Source of the DNA: an uncultured Actinomycetota bacterium
Lineage (GTDB): Bacteria; Actinomycetota; Actinomycetes; JAHEKZ01
Assembly (NCBI GenBank): GCA_963718235.1
Contig: CAVQYR010000001.1
Span: 448,001 to 512,000, forward strand
Reading direction: 5' to 3'
Length of the DNA stretch: 64,000 nt
A program made the position numbers and the translations under genes. Every line of letters starts with the position of its first letter. Within the stretch, counting starts at the first letter, position 1. The notes beneath the pieces were generated by a model. It was not told the origin of the DNA. It saw only the letters and a program-made list of their open reading frames with translations, and searched no databases. Positions 19,493 through 28,805 of this stretch are shown here, one piece after another.

Positions 19493-20953
19493 ATGAACGG
19501 GCCGCGCCGGCTGGCTGTGCGGCTTGCCGAGATCGGGTACGACGCCGACGGGGTCGAGCAGCTGCTCGGCCCCGTCGCTGCGTCGGCGCACACACGTGGT
19601 GACGACCTCGCGGCGTTGCGCACGCTGCGATCCGACGGTTCCGCCCGGTCGACCGTCGTCCGGCTGCTCCTGCTCGCCGACGTCGTCGCCAGGTCCGACC
19701 TCGGCGTGGCACTGGGAGACACCCTCGACGTGATCGAGCCGTACCTCGTCGGCGGCGACGAGGTACGGTGCCGGCTGGAGATCGCGCCGTACGCCGTCGA
19801 CGACCACGACTGGTACGTGGCGGCCGACTGGTCACCCCTGCGCAGCGGTCAGCCGATGGCGTCCGACCACGTGCTCGGCGTCGGTGGTGCGTCGACCATG
19901 CTCGCCCAGTGCACGGTGCGTCGAGACGTGGCTACGGCGCTGGACCTGGGTACCGGGTGTGGTGTGCAGGCCATGCACCTCGCGCAGCACTCGGCGCAGG
20001 TGGTGGCGACAGACATCAGCGGACGGTGCCTCGAGCTGGCATCACTCACCTTCGCCATGAACGACCTCTCCGTCGAGCTGCGACAGGGGAACCTTTTCGA
20101 CCCGGTCATCGGACGTCGGTTCGACAGCATCGTGTCGAACCCACCGTTCGTGATCGCCGCCCCGCCCGCGGAGCGGCACGACTACCGCGACTCGGGCCTG
20201 CCCGGCGACGACGTGTGTGCCCGCCTCGTCCGGCAGATGGGGCAGCACCTCGCCGACGGCGGATTCGGTCAGCTGCTGGCGAACTGGGGGATCCGGTCGG
20301 GCGAGGAGTGGCACGACGTGCCGCGGAAGTGGCTGGCCGACTCGGCCCTCGACGCCTGGGTCGTGCAGCGGGAGGTCCAGGACCCGGCCGCCTACGTCGC
20401 CCTCTGGCTGCGCGACTCCGGGGCGGACCGGGCACCCGACCACGCGCAGCGCTACGACGCGTGGCTGTCCGCACTCGAGGGGCGCGGGGTGGTCGGGATC
20501 GGTTTCGGGCTGGTGAACCTCCACGCCGGCGGGCGGGACGAGCCGGTGCGGCGACTGCAGCACGTGGACCAGGCGCTGGCCCAGCCCGTCGGACCCGACG
20601 TCCGAGCGTGGTTCGACCGGCAGGACGCCCTCATGGCCCACCCTGGAGCCGAGGTGCTCACCCTGATGCTCAGCGTGGCCGACGACGTCCGGATCGACCA
20701 GCGGTGGCACCCCGGTGGGGCCGAGCCGGTCGAGACCGTCGTCCTGCGTGAGAACGGGTTCCGGTTCGCCGGGTCGCTGGACGCCTTCGGGGCCGCGCTG
20801 CTCGACGACCTGGCCGAGCGGGGGCCCGAGGTGCCGGTGGGGGCGCTGGTGGTCGCTCGGGCCGAGGCGGAGGGCCTCGACGTCCAGGCCACTCTGGAGG
20901 GCTCGGTGCCCGTGCTGCGACGACTCGTCGAGGAGGGCTTTCTCGTCCCGTGA
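19493..20953 (+). CDS. SAM-dependent methyltransferase (MTS/HemK-like)
   Basis: LDLGTGCGVQA and VSNPPF; conserved position upstream of topA. Confidence 0.87.
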   Translation: MNGPRRLAVRLAEIGYDADGVEQLLGPVAASAHTRGDDLAALRTLRSDGSARSTVVRLLLLADVVARSDLGVALGDTLDVIEPYLVGGDEVRCRLEIAPYAVDDHDWYVAADWSPLRSGQPMASDHVLGVGGASTMLAQCTVRRDVATALDLGTGCGVQAMHLAQHSAQVVATDISGRCLELASLTFAMNDLSVELRQGNLFDPVIGRRFDSIVSNPPFVIAAPPAERHDYRDSGLPGDDVCARLVRQMGQHLADGGFGQLLANWGIRSGEEWHDVPRKWLADSALDAWVVQREVQDPAAYVALWLRDSGADRAPDHAQRYDAWLSALEGRGVVGIGFGLVNLHAGGRDEPVRRLQHVDQALAQPVGPDVRAWFDRQDALMAHPGAEVLTLMLSVADDVRIDQRWHPGGAEPVETVVLRENGFRFAGSLDAFGAALLDDLAERGPEVPVGALVVARAEAEGLDVQATLEGSVPVLRRLVEEGFLVP

Positions 20954-21068
20954 GCGCCTTGGGCGGGGGCGCTGCGTTTGACAAGCCCCCTCGGGCTACC
21001 GTCACACTCCGGGCGCCGGCCCTGTCCGGGTTGCCGGCAGGTCGACCAACGAGGTGAGGAGTACCCGC

Positions 21069-23678
21069 GTGGCCACCGAGGAGTCCGCGAGCCGCGGTCG
21101 CCGTCTGGTGATCGTCGAGTCGCCGGCCAAGGCCAAGACGATCCGGGGCTACCTCGGCTCGGGGTACGACGTCGAGGCCAGCGTCGGCCACATCCGGGAC
21201 CTGCCACAACGGGCGTCGGAGATCCCCGCCAAGCTCAAGGGCGAGAAGTGGGCCCGGCTCGGCGTCGACGTCGAGCACGACTTCGAGCCCCTCTACGTGG
21301 TCGACAGCGACAAGAAGAGCAAGGTCGCCGAGCTGAGGAAGAAGCTCGCTGCGGCCGACGAGCTGCTGCTCGCCACAGATGAGGACCGCGAGGGCGAGGC
21401 GATCGCCTGGCACCTGCTGCAGGTGCTCAAGCCCAAGGTGCCGGTGCACCGGATGGTCTTCCACGAGATCACCCCCGAGGCGATCCGGGCGGCGGTGGAC
21501 AGCCCTCGCGAGCTCGACCAGCGCCTCGTCGACGCCCAGGAGACCCGGCGGATCATCGACCGGCTGTACGGGTACGAGGTGTCGCCCGTGCTGTGGAAGA
21601 AGGTCATGCAGGGGCTGTCGGCCGGCCGGGTCCAGTCGGTGGCGACCCGGCTCGTGGTCGAGCGGGAACGCGAGCGGATGGCGTTCGTCACCGCGTCGTA
21701 CTGGGACGTCGAAGGGCTGTTCGAGCCGGGCCGGTTCACCGCCAAGCTCGTGGCGGTCGACGGCAGGCGGGTCGCCCAGGGCCGCGACTTCGACTCGCAG
21801 GGGTTGCTCAAGACCCGCGACGCCGTGGTGCTCGACGAGGCCGCGGTGCTGCAGCTCGTCGAGGGTCTCGCCGAGGCGACCTTCGCCGTTCGGTCGGTGG
21901 AGGAGAAGCCCTACCGCCGCTCGCCTGCGGCGCCGTTCATCACCTCGACGCTGCAGCAGGAGGCCAGCCGCAAGCTGCGGATGAGCGCACAGGTCGCGAT
22001 GCGAGTGGCGCAGCGGTTGTACGAGAACGGCTACATCACCTACATGCGTACCGACTCCACCACCTTGTCGCAGACGGCGATCGCCGCCGCGCGGGCACAG
22101 GTGGCGCAGCTGTTCGGCGCCGACCACGTGCACGACAAGCCGCGCACCTACGCCAAGAAGGTCAAGAACGCGCAGGAGGCTCACGAGGCGATTCGTCCGG
22201 CCGGTGACCACTTCCGCACGCCGGGCGAGCTGGCAGGTGAGCTCTCCCGTGACGAGCTCGCGCTGTACGAGCTGATCTGGAAACGAACGCTGGCCTCGCA
22301 GATGGCCGACGCGACGGGCAGCACGATGACGGTGCGACTCGGTGCGACGACCGCAGCGGGTGTCGACGCGGAGTTCTCGGCCGCGGGCACGGTCATCAGT
22401 CGCCGTGGGTTCCTCGCGGTGTACGAGGAGGGGCGCGACGACGAGACGGCGTCCGACGACGACGAGCGACGGCTCCCGGCGTTGAAGGTGGGTGACGCAC
22501 TGACGGCGTCGACGCTGCAGCCCGACGGGCATGCGACCACGCCGCCGCCGCGCTACACCGAGGCGACCATCGTGAAGGCGCTCGAGGAGCGCGGGATCGG
22601 TCGACCCTCGACGTACGCGTCGATCATCGGCACGATCTTGGACCGCGGCTACGTCTTCAAGCGCGGCAGCGCCCTGGTTCCGTCGTTCCTGGCCTTCGCT
22701 GTCATCAAGCTGATGGAGGAGAACTTCGGCGACCTCGTCGACTACGACTTCACCGCGCGCATGGAGGCGGTGCTCGACACCGTCGCCGACGGAGGGACGG
22801 ACCGCCTCGACGTCCTGAAGGGCTTCTACTTCGGAGACCCGTCGCGGGAGTTCCCGGGGCTGAGCCCTCTGGTCACCAGCTTCGGTGACATCGACGCACG
22901 GGCCGTCAACTCCTTCCCCCTGGGTGACGGCGTGGTGCTGCGGGTCGGCCGTTACGGACCGTACGTCGAGCGGGGTGAGGGTGAGACGGCCGAGCGCGCG
23001 AACGTCCCGGCCGACCTGGCGCCCGAGGAGCTCACGCTGCAGAAGGCAGAGGAGCTGCTCGCCCAGCCCAGCGGCGACCGCGAGCTGGGCATCGACCCGA
23101 AGACCGGCCTTGCGGTTGTGGCCAAGTCGGGTCGCTACGGCCCCTACGTCACCGAGGTGCTCCCCGACGACGCCCCGAAGTCGGCCAAGCCGCGAACGGC
23201 GTCGCTGTTCAAGGACATGAGCCTGGACACGATCACGCTGGACGTCGCCCTGCAGCTGCTGACGCTGCCGCGCGTCGTCGGCGTCGACCCGTCCGACGAG
23301 CTGGAGATCACCGCCCAGAACGGCCGGTACGGCCCGTACCTCAAGAAGGGCAGCGACTCCCGATCCCTGGAGTCCGAGCCGCAGCTGTTCAGCGTCACGC
23401 TGGACGAGGCGCTCGCGATCTACGCCCAGCCCAAGCAGCGCGGACGCCGTGCGGCGGCGCCGCCCCTGCGCGAGCTGGGCGCCGACCCGTCCAGCGGCCA
23501 GCCGATCGTGGTCAAGGACGGACGGTTCGGGCCCTACGTGACCGACGGCGAGACGAACGCGACGCTGCGCAAGGCCGATGCGGTCGAGTCGGTGTCGCTG
23601 GACCGGGCGATGGAGCTGCTGGCGGAGAAGCGGGCCAAGGGCCCGGCCCCCAAGAAGCGCGCCGCCCGCAAGCGCTGA
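21069..23678 (+). CDS. topA: DNA topoisomerase I
   Basis: LVIVESPAKAKTI, ATDEDREGE, SAGRVQS, ITYMRTDS; C-terminal GRYGPY repeats. Confidence 0.97.
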   Translation: MATEESASRGRRLVIVESPAKAKTIRGYLGSGYDVEASVGHIRDLPQRASEIPAKLKGEKWARLGVDVEHDFEPLYVVDSDKKSKVAELRKKLAAADELLLATDEDREGEAIAWHLLQVLKPKVPVHRMVFHEITPEAIRAAVDSPRELDQRLVDAQETRRIIDRLYGYEVSPVLWKKVMQGLSAGRVQSVATRLVVERERERMAFVTASYWDVEGLFEPGRFTAKLVAVDGRRVAQGRDFDSQGLLKTRDAVVLDEAAVLQLVEGLAEATFAVRSVEEKPYRRSPAAPFITSTLQQEASRKLRMSAQVAMRVAQRLYENGYITYMRTDSTTLSQTAIAAARAQVAQLFGADHVHDKPRTYAKKVKNAQEAHEAIRPAGDHFRTPGELAGELSRDELALYELIWKRTLASQMADATGSTMTVRLGATTAAGVDAEFSAAGTVISRRGFLAVYEEGRDDETASDDDERRLPALKVGDALTASTLQPDGHATTPPPRYTEATIVKALEERGIGRPSTYASIIGTILDRGYVFKRGSALVPSFLAFAVIKLMEENFGDLVDYDFTARMEAVLDTVADGGTDRLDVLKGFYFGDPSREFPGLSPLVTSFGDIDARAVNSFPLGDGVVLRVGRYGPYVERGEGETAERANVPADLAPEELTLQKAEELLAQPSGDRELGIDPKTGLAVVAKSGRYGPYVTEVLPDDAPKSAKPRTASLFKDMSLDTITLDVALQLLTLPRVVGVDPSDELEITAQNGRYGPYLKKGSDSRSLESEPQLFSVTLDEALAIYAQPKQRGRRAAAPPLRELGADPSSGQPIVVKDGRFGPYVTDGETNATLRKADAVESVSLDRAMELLAEKRAKGPAPKKRAARKR

Positions 23679-23684
23679 CCCCCC

Positions 23685-23731
23685 GTTTCGCGCCCGATCG
23701 GGCCCGAATCGGGCCCGATCGGGCGCGAAAC
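23685..23731. repeat. 47-bp palindrome, copy 1 (REP-like)
   Basis: GTTTCGCGCCCGATCGGGCCCGA-A-TCGGGCCCGATCGGGCGCGAAAC, perfect 23-bp arms. Confidence 0.9.
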
Positions 23732-23736
23732 CGGGA

Positions 23737-24618
23737 TCAGGCGGCGGTGAGCTGACGGATCTGGGCCACCACGAGCTGGGGGCGGTCGGCGAGGTCGGCC
23801 CAGGTGAAGCGGAGCACCCGGTAGCCGGCCTGGAGCAGTCGGTTGCTCTTGTCGCGGTCCCGCTGGAACACCTCCCGCTGGCTGTGCACGTGGTAGCCGT
23901 CGATCTCGACGACGACCCGTTGCCGGGGGAACAGCACGTCGACCTCACCGATGCCGGCGAGCACGACGTTGGCCCGCCAACCGCTGATGCCCGCGCCGCG
24001 GAGGAGCTGGTGCAGGCGCAGCTCGCCGAACGAGCGGCCGCCCGCGTCGAGCAGCCGCACGATGGCCATGAGCTGGGGGGTCCCGTGGCACCCGGCCCGG
24101 CCGCTCGCATCGGCGGCGAGCTCGTCGACGGTGATCCACCGGCGGTGCAGGGCCTCGCGAGCAACGTCGACGGCCGCACGCCAGGGCAGGGAGGCGGCCA
24201 GGTCGACCGCCGTACGGCGCCGTGTGGTGACGGGGATGCCGAGTGCCGTCGTCACGTCGGCGGGCTCGAGCGGTGCGCTGCTGTGGGCGGTCAACCCGCG
24301 GACCTTCGGGTGGTTGCCCCGGGCCACGTGCACGTGGGCGTGCAGGTCGTCTCGCACGTCGGCCAGGCCGTGCAGCTCGGCGGCCGTGTGCAGGCCGGCC
24401 ACTCCTGGGCCGACCAGGGTCGCCGCTTGAGCCCGCTGAGGCACCCCGATCGGTGTCCCACCCTGGACATAGCTGGGACCGAGCACCGGGAGCCACTGCC
24501 GGGTCGCCACCATGCGTCGCTCCCGCTTGGCGGTCACACCCAGGGCCCGCAGCTGGGGTCGGGTGAACACGCCGTGCTGGGTGGCGAGCAGCTCGGCGAG
24601 GTCGGGCAGCGCGGTCAT
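23737..24618 (-). CDS. AbiEi-like N-terminal domain + DUF559 (Vsr-like) endonuclease
   Basis: QHGVFTRPQL start; RS.GE, EVDVLF, VVVEIDGYHVH, DRDK.N.L...GYRVLRFTW. Confidence 0.85.
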   Translation of the reverse strand: MTALPDLAELLATQHGVFTRPQLRALGVTAKRERRMVATRQWLPVLGPSYVQGGTPIGVPQRAQAATLVGPGVAGLHTAAELHGLADVRDDLHAHVHVARGNHPKVRGLTAHSSAPLEPADVTTALGIPVTTRRRTAVDLAASLPWRAAVDVAREALHRRWITVDELAADASGRAGCHGTPQLMAIVRLLDAGGRSFGELRLHQLLRGAGISGWRANVVLAGIGEVDVLFPRQRVVVEIDGYHVHSQREVFQRDRDKSNRLLQAGYRVLRFTWADLADRPQLVVAQIRQLTAA

Positions 24619-24673
24619 CGCGGCACTATCGCCGGTGGGCGGGCTCGCCCGTCCCGACCGTCCACAGCTCCCC

Positions 24674-24720
24674 GTTTCGCGCCCGATCACGCCCGAATCG
24701 GGCGTGATCGGGCGCGAGAC
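24674..24720. repeat. 47-bp palindrome, copy 2 (REP-like)
   Basis: GTTTCGCGCCCGATCACGCCCGA-A-TCGGGCGTGATCGGGCGCGAGAC, 23-bp arms with one mismatch. Confidence 0.9.
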
Positions 24721-24741
24721 CGCGATGGGTAGGGTCGATGG

Positions 24742-25359
24742 GTGAGTTCAGGGGTGTTCGTGGCGCTCGAGGGTGGCGAGGGCGCGGGCAAGTCGACCCA
24801 GCTGGACCTGCTCCAGAGGTGGCTCGGCGAGCAGGGTCACGAGGTCGTGGTCACCCGCGAGCCCGGCGGCACCCCGCTCGGTCGGCGGCTGCGCACGCTG
24901 CTCCTGGACCACGACACCGGCCCGCTGGCCCCCAGGGCCGAGGCGCTGCTCTACGCCGCTGACCGGGCCGAGCACGTGGCCGACGTCGTACGGCCGGCGC
25001 TGACCCGCGGAGCCGTCGTCCTGACCGACCGGTACATCGACTCGTCGATCGCGTACCAGGGCGCGGGGCGTGCGCTCGACCCGTCGGACATCGCCCGGAT
25101 CAGCGCCTGGGCCACCGAGGACCTACTGCCGGACCTGACCGTGGTGCTCGACATCGACCCGGTCGTCGGGCTCTCCCGGTTCGCCGACACCCCCGACCGG
25201 CTGGAGGCCGAGCCACTGCAGTTCCACCGGGCGGTGCGCCAGGGCTTCCTCACACTGGCGGCGGCGCAGCCCGACCGGTACCTGGTGGTCGACGCGGCGC
25301 TGACTCCCGAGCTCGTCCAGGACGAGATCCGCCGCGCGTTGATCCGAGTGCTCCCTTGA
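24742..25359 (+). CDS. tmk: Thymidylate kinase
   Basis: EGGEGAGKST, REPGGT, DRYIDSSIAYQG. Confidence 0.95.
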   Translation: MSSGVFVALEGGEGAGKSTQLDLLQRWLGEQGHEVVVTREPGGTPLGRRLRTLLLDHDTGPLAPRAEALLYAADRAEHVADVVRPALTRGAVVLTDRYIDSSIAYQGAGRALDPSDIARISAWATEDLLPDLTVVLDIDPVVGLSRFADTPDRLEAEPLQFHRAVRQGFLTLAAAQPDRYLVVDAALTPELVQDEIRRALIRVLP

Positions 25360-26543
25360 GCGTCTTCGACGCGTTGGTGGGCCAGCCGCACGTGGTCGCC
25401 GCACTGACCACAGCGACGACGGCCGCGCAGGACTCACTCGACGGCGGCCCCGGCGTGGGGATGACCCAGGCCTGGCTCTTCACCGGGCCGCCGGGCTCCG
25501 GGCGGTCGACCGCGGCCCGCGCCTTCGCCGCGGCGCTGCAGTGTGACAGTGGCGGGTGCGGCGCCTGCTCGGCTTGTCACACCGCGCTCATCGGCACCCA
25601 CTCGGACGTGCGGATCATCTCCACCGAGCTGCTGTCGATCGGGGTCGCCGAGGCCCGCGGGCTGGTACTCGAGGCCTCGGCCCGGCCGTCCCGTGGTCGC
25701 TGGCGGGTGCTGCTCATCGAGGACGCCGACCGGCTCACCCCCGAGGCGAACAACGCGCTGCTGAAGGTCCTGGAGGAGCCGACGTCGAACACGGTGTGGC
25801 TGCTGTGCGCCCCGTCGGTCGACGACGTGCTCCCGACGATCCGCTCGCGGGTCCGCCACGTCACGCTGGTGACGCCGTCGACCCAGGCGGTCGCCGACCA
25901 CCTGGTTCGTACCGCAGGGGTGACCCCGGAGATGGCCGCCTTCGCCGCCCGGGCGTCGCAGGGCCACATCGGGCGGGCCCGCGGGCTGGCCACCGACGAG
26001 GCCAGCCGGCTGAGGCGCGCGGAGGTGCTGCGGATGCCGTTGGCGCTGCGCGACCTCGGTGAGGCCATGGCGGCTGCGCAGAACCTCGTCGACGCAGCCA
26101 CCGAGGACGCCGAGGAGCGCACGGGCGAGCGGGACCCCCAGGAGCGCGCCGAGCTCGCCCGCGCGCTCGGCGTCGAGAACCCGCAACGGGTTCCGCACTG
26201 GGCGGCACCACAGTTCAAGGCGTTGAAGGAGATGCAGGCCAAGCGGGCAAAGCGGGCCGTGCGCGACAGCCTCGATCGGATGCTGCTCGACCTCTCGTCG
26301 TTCTACCGCGACGTGCTGGCCGTGCAGGTCGGCGCCCCGGTCGAGCTGGTCAACGCCGAGCTGGCGAACGACGTCGGCCAGGTCGCTCGCGCCGGTACCC
26401 CCGAAGGCACCCTTCGCCGCCTGGAGGCCATCCAGCTCGCGCGGCTGCGGGTCGGGGCGGTGCGCGACGAGACCGGCCAGGCCCGCAGTGGTGCGCCGCA
26501 GCTGGTGACCGAGGCGATGATGGTTACCTTGTCTCAAGGATGA
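25356..26543 (+). CDS. holB: DNA polymerase III subunit delta'
   Basis: AWLFTGPPGSGRS, C...CGACSAC Zn site, NALLKVLEEP, TIRSR; follows tmk. Confidence 0.93.
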   Translation: MSVFDALVGQPHVVAALTTATTAAQDSLDGGPGVGMTQAWLFTGPPGSGRSTAARAFAAALQCDSGGCGACSACHTALIGTHSDVRIISTELLSIGVAEARGLVLEASARPSRGRWRVLLIEDADRLTPEANNALLKVLEEPTSNTVWLLCAPSVDDVLPTIRSRVRHVTLVTPSTQAVADHLVRTAGVTPEMAAFAARASQGHIGRARGLATDEASRLRRAEVLRMPLALRDLGEAMAAAQNLVDAATEDAEERTGERDPQERAELARALGVENPQRVPHWAAPQFKALKEMQAKRAKRAVRDSLDRMLLDLSSFYRDVLAVQVGAPVELVNAELANDVGQVARAGTPEGTLRRLEAIQLARLRVGAVRDETGQARSGAPQLVTEAMMVTLSQG

Positions 26544-26590
26544 CCGACCCAACCAGACCGAACCAAACCGAACCGAACCAAGGAGTGACC

Positions 26591-27277
26591 ATGCGCGTCG
26601 AGCTCCGCCACCAGCCCAGCTTCTCCGTCGCCCGGGTTCAGCTCGACCCCGGTGAGCAGGTCAGGGCGGAGTCCGGGGCGATGGCCATGCACTCACTCGG
26701 CGTCAACGTCGAGGCGCAGATGCGTGGCGGAGTCATGGGCGCGCTGAAGCGCGGAGTGCTCGGTGGTGAGTCGCTGTTCGTGACCACCTACACCGCACAC
26801 GCCCAAGCCGCGGGCTGGGTCGACTTCGCAGCGAACCTGCCAGGGGACATCTGGACGACGTCGGTCGAGCCGGGTCGCGACCTGTTCGTCACGCGCGGCT
26901 CGTGGCTCGCCAGCGCCGCGGGGGTCGAGCTGGACACCAAGTGGGGCGGAAGCCAGCAGCTGTTCGGGGGCGAGGGCGGTTTCGTGCTCCACGCGACCGG
27001 TCAGGGTCCGGTGATCATCGCCGCCTACGGGGCCATGGACGTCCACGAGCTGCAGGAGGGGCAGGGGTTCACCGTCGACTCCGGCCACCTCGTCGCGTAC
27101 GACCCATCGGTGACCTTGAAGACCCGCAAGGCCGCGAGCGGACTCATGCAGACGATGAAGTCAGGCGAGGGGCTCGTCATGGACTTCATGGGACCTGGCC
27201 GGGTGGTCACCCAGACCCGCAGCCCCAACTCGCTGGTGTCGTGGCTGCAGTCGGTGATCCCCGGGTCGCGCGGTTGA
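26591..27277 (+). CDS. TIGR00266 / AIM24 family protein
   Basis: AESGAM, GGESLF, FGGEG, VDSGHLVA, GEGLV.F.GPG.V..QTR. Confidence 0.88.
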   Translation: MRVELRHQPSFSVARVQLDPGEQVRAESGAMAMHSLGVNVEAQMRGGVMGALKRGVLGGESLFVTTYTAHAQAAGWVDFAANLPGDIWTTSVEPGRDLFVTRGSWLASAAGVELDTKWGGSQQLFGGEGGFVLHATGQGPVIIAAYGAMDVHELQEGQGFTVDSGHLVAYDPSVTLKTRKAASGLMQTMKSGEGLVMDFMGPGRVVTQTRSPNSLVSWLQSVIPGSRG

Positions 27278-28791
27278 TTCATCCGTTCGTCCTTCGTGCG
27301 GGCGCCGCCCTCGGGGCGGCGCTCGTGCTGCTGTCCGCCTGCAGCGACTCTTCGCCCGCTCCTCGGCCCACATCGGGTGCCGAAGCGTCATCTCCGAGCA
27401 GCAGGGAGCTGAAGCCCTTCTACGAACAGCAGGCGAAGTGGTCGGCGTGTGGGGGCGGTGCCGAGTGCGCGACGGTCACCGTCCCCCTCGACTACTCCGA
27501 CCCTGCCGGCAAGACCATCGACCTGGCCCTGCTGCGCGTGCCAGCGTCCGGCACCCGGATCGGCTCCCTGCTGGTGAACCCCGGTGGGCCTGGCGTGCAG
27601 GGGACGGAGTACGCGCGCAACTCCGGCTACTACTTCAACGACCCGCTGCGTGAGTCCTACGACATCGTGGGCTGGGACCCTCGCGGTGTCGGCGGCAGCG
27701 CACCGGTCGACTGCGTCGACGACGCGGACCTCGACCAGATCATCGCCTTTGACGGGACCCCTGACACCCCTGCCGAGCAGCGCGAGCTCCGATCACTGGC
27801 GCAGGGGTTCGTCGACGGCTGTGACGGACGGTCCGGCGGGCTGTTGCCGCGCATCGGCACCGAGGACAGCGCCCGCGACATGGACGTCATCCGGGCGGTG
27901 CTCGGACAACCGAGGCTGGACTACTTCGGGGCCTCGTACGGCACATTGCTCGGAGCCACGTACGCCGACCTGTTCCCCCAGCGCGTGGGACGGTTCGTGC
28001 TCGACGGAGCGGTCGACCCGTCGATCGACAGCCGCGAGCTCGGTCTGGTGCAGGCGCAGGGCTTCGAGACAGCTCTGGATGCGTTCCTCGACGACTGCAT
28101 CGGGGCGGGCAGCTGCCCGGTGGGTCCCACCAAGGAGGCGGCTCGCACGCAGATCGGCGAGCTGCTCGACACTGCTGATGCCCAGCCGCTGCCGACCGGT
28201 ACCGACCGTGAGCTCACCGAGGCGCTGGCGCTCACCGGGATGTTCGCCTCGCTGTACAGCCGCGAGCAGGGCTGGCCGGCCCTGCGCCTCGGTCTGGAGC
28301 GGGCGCTCCAGGGTGATGGCTCGACCCTGCTCCAGCTCGCCGACTTCTACACCGAGCGTCAGGCCGACGGCACCTTCGCCAGCAACGTCAACGAGGCATT
28401 CCCGGCGATCAGCTGCACCGACGAACCGACCGACCGGACCGTGCGCCAGATCCGACGGGACACAAGAGTCTGGCAGCGCACTGCCCCGTTGTTCGGGGAG
28501 CCGTTCGCCTGGGGCCAGTACAACTGCTCCATCTGGCCGCTGCCGGCTCAGGGCCCGCGCCCGCTCACTGCCGAGGGCGCCGACCCGATCCTCGTCGTCG
28601 GTACCACCCGTGATCCAGCCACCCCGTACGAGTGGTCGGTGAACCTCGCCGACCAGCTCGACAGCGGGGTCCTGCTGACCCGCGACGGCGATGGCCACAC
28701 GGGGTACAAGTCCGGCAACGACTGCATCGACGAGGCCGTCGAGAAGTACCTGCTGGACGGCGTGGTTCCTCGCGAAGGGACCTCCTGCTAG
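27274..28791 (+). CDS. Secreted TAP-like alpha/beta peptidase, probable lipoprotein
   Basis: LSAC lipobox, NPGGPG, WDPRGVG, GASYG, DPATP, GHTGY; TTG start inferred. Confidence 0.88.
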   Translation: MIHPFVLRAGAALGAALVLLSACSDSSPAPRPTSGAEASSPSSRELKPFYEQQAKWSACGGGAECATVTVPLDYSDPAGKTIDLALLRVPASGTRIGSLLVNPGGPGVQGTEYARNSGYYFNDPLRESYDIVGWDPRGVGGSAPVDCVDDADLDQIIAFDGTPDTPAEQRELRSLAQGFVDGCDGRSGGLLPRIGTEDSARDMDVIRAVLGQPRLDYFGASYGTLLGATYADLFPQRVGRFVLDGAVDPSIDSRELGLVQAQGFETALDAFLDDCIGAGSCPVGPTKEAARTQIGELLDTADAQPLPTGTDRELTEALALTGMFASLYSREQGWPALRLGLERALQGDGSTLLQLADFYTERQADGTFASNVNEAFPAISCTDEPTDRTVRQIRRDTRVWQRTAPLFGEPFAWGQYNCSIWPLPAQGPRPLTAEGADPILVVGTTRDPATPYEWSVNLADQLDSGVLLTRDGDGHTGYKSGNDCIDEAVEKYLLDGVVPREGTSC

Positions 28792-28805
28792 CTACGGTTC
28801 GGCTC

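Noticed and set aside
20670-24179. 1169-aa minus-strand ORF and many other long overlapping ORFs
   Set aside because: Antisense or alternate-frame shadows of real genes (here topA); stop codons are rare in high-GC DNA and the translations carry no motifs.
26552-26580. Imperfect pentamer run (ACCAG ACCGA ACCAA ACCGA ACCGA ACCA)
   Set aside because: Short low-complexity spacer before an RBS; no spacers or cas genes, so not CRISPR.
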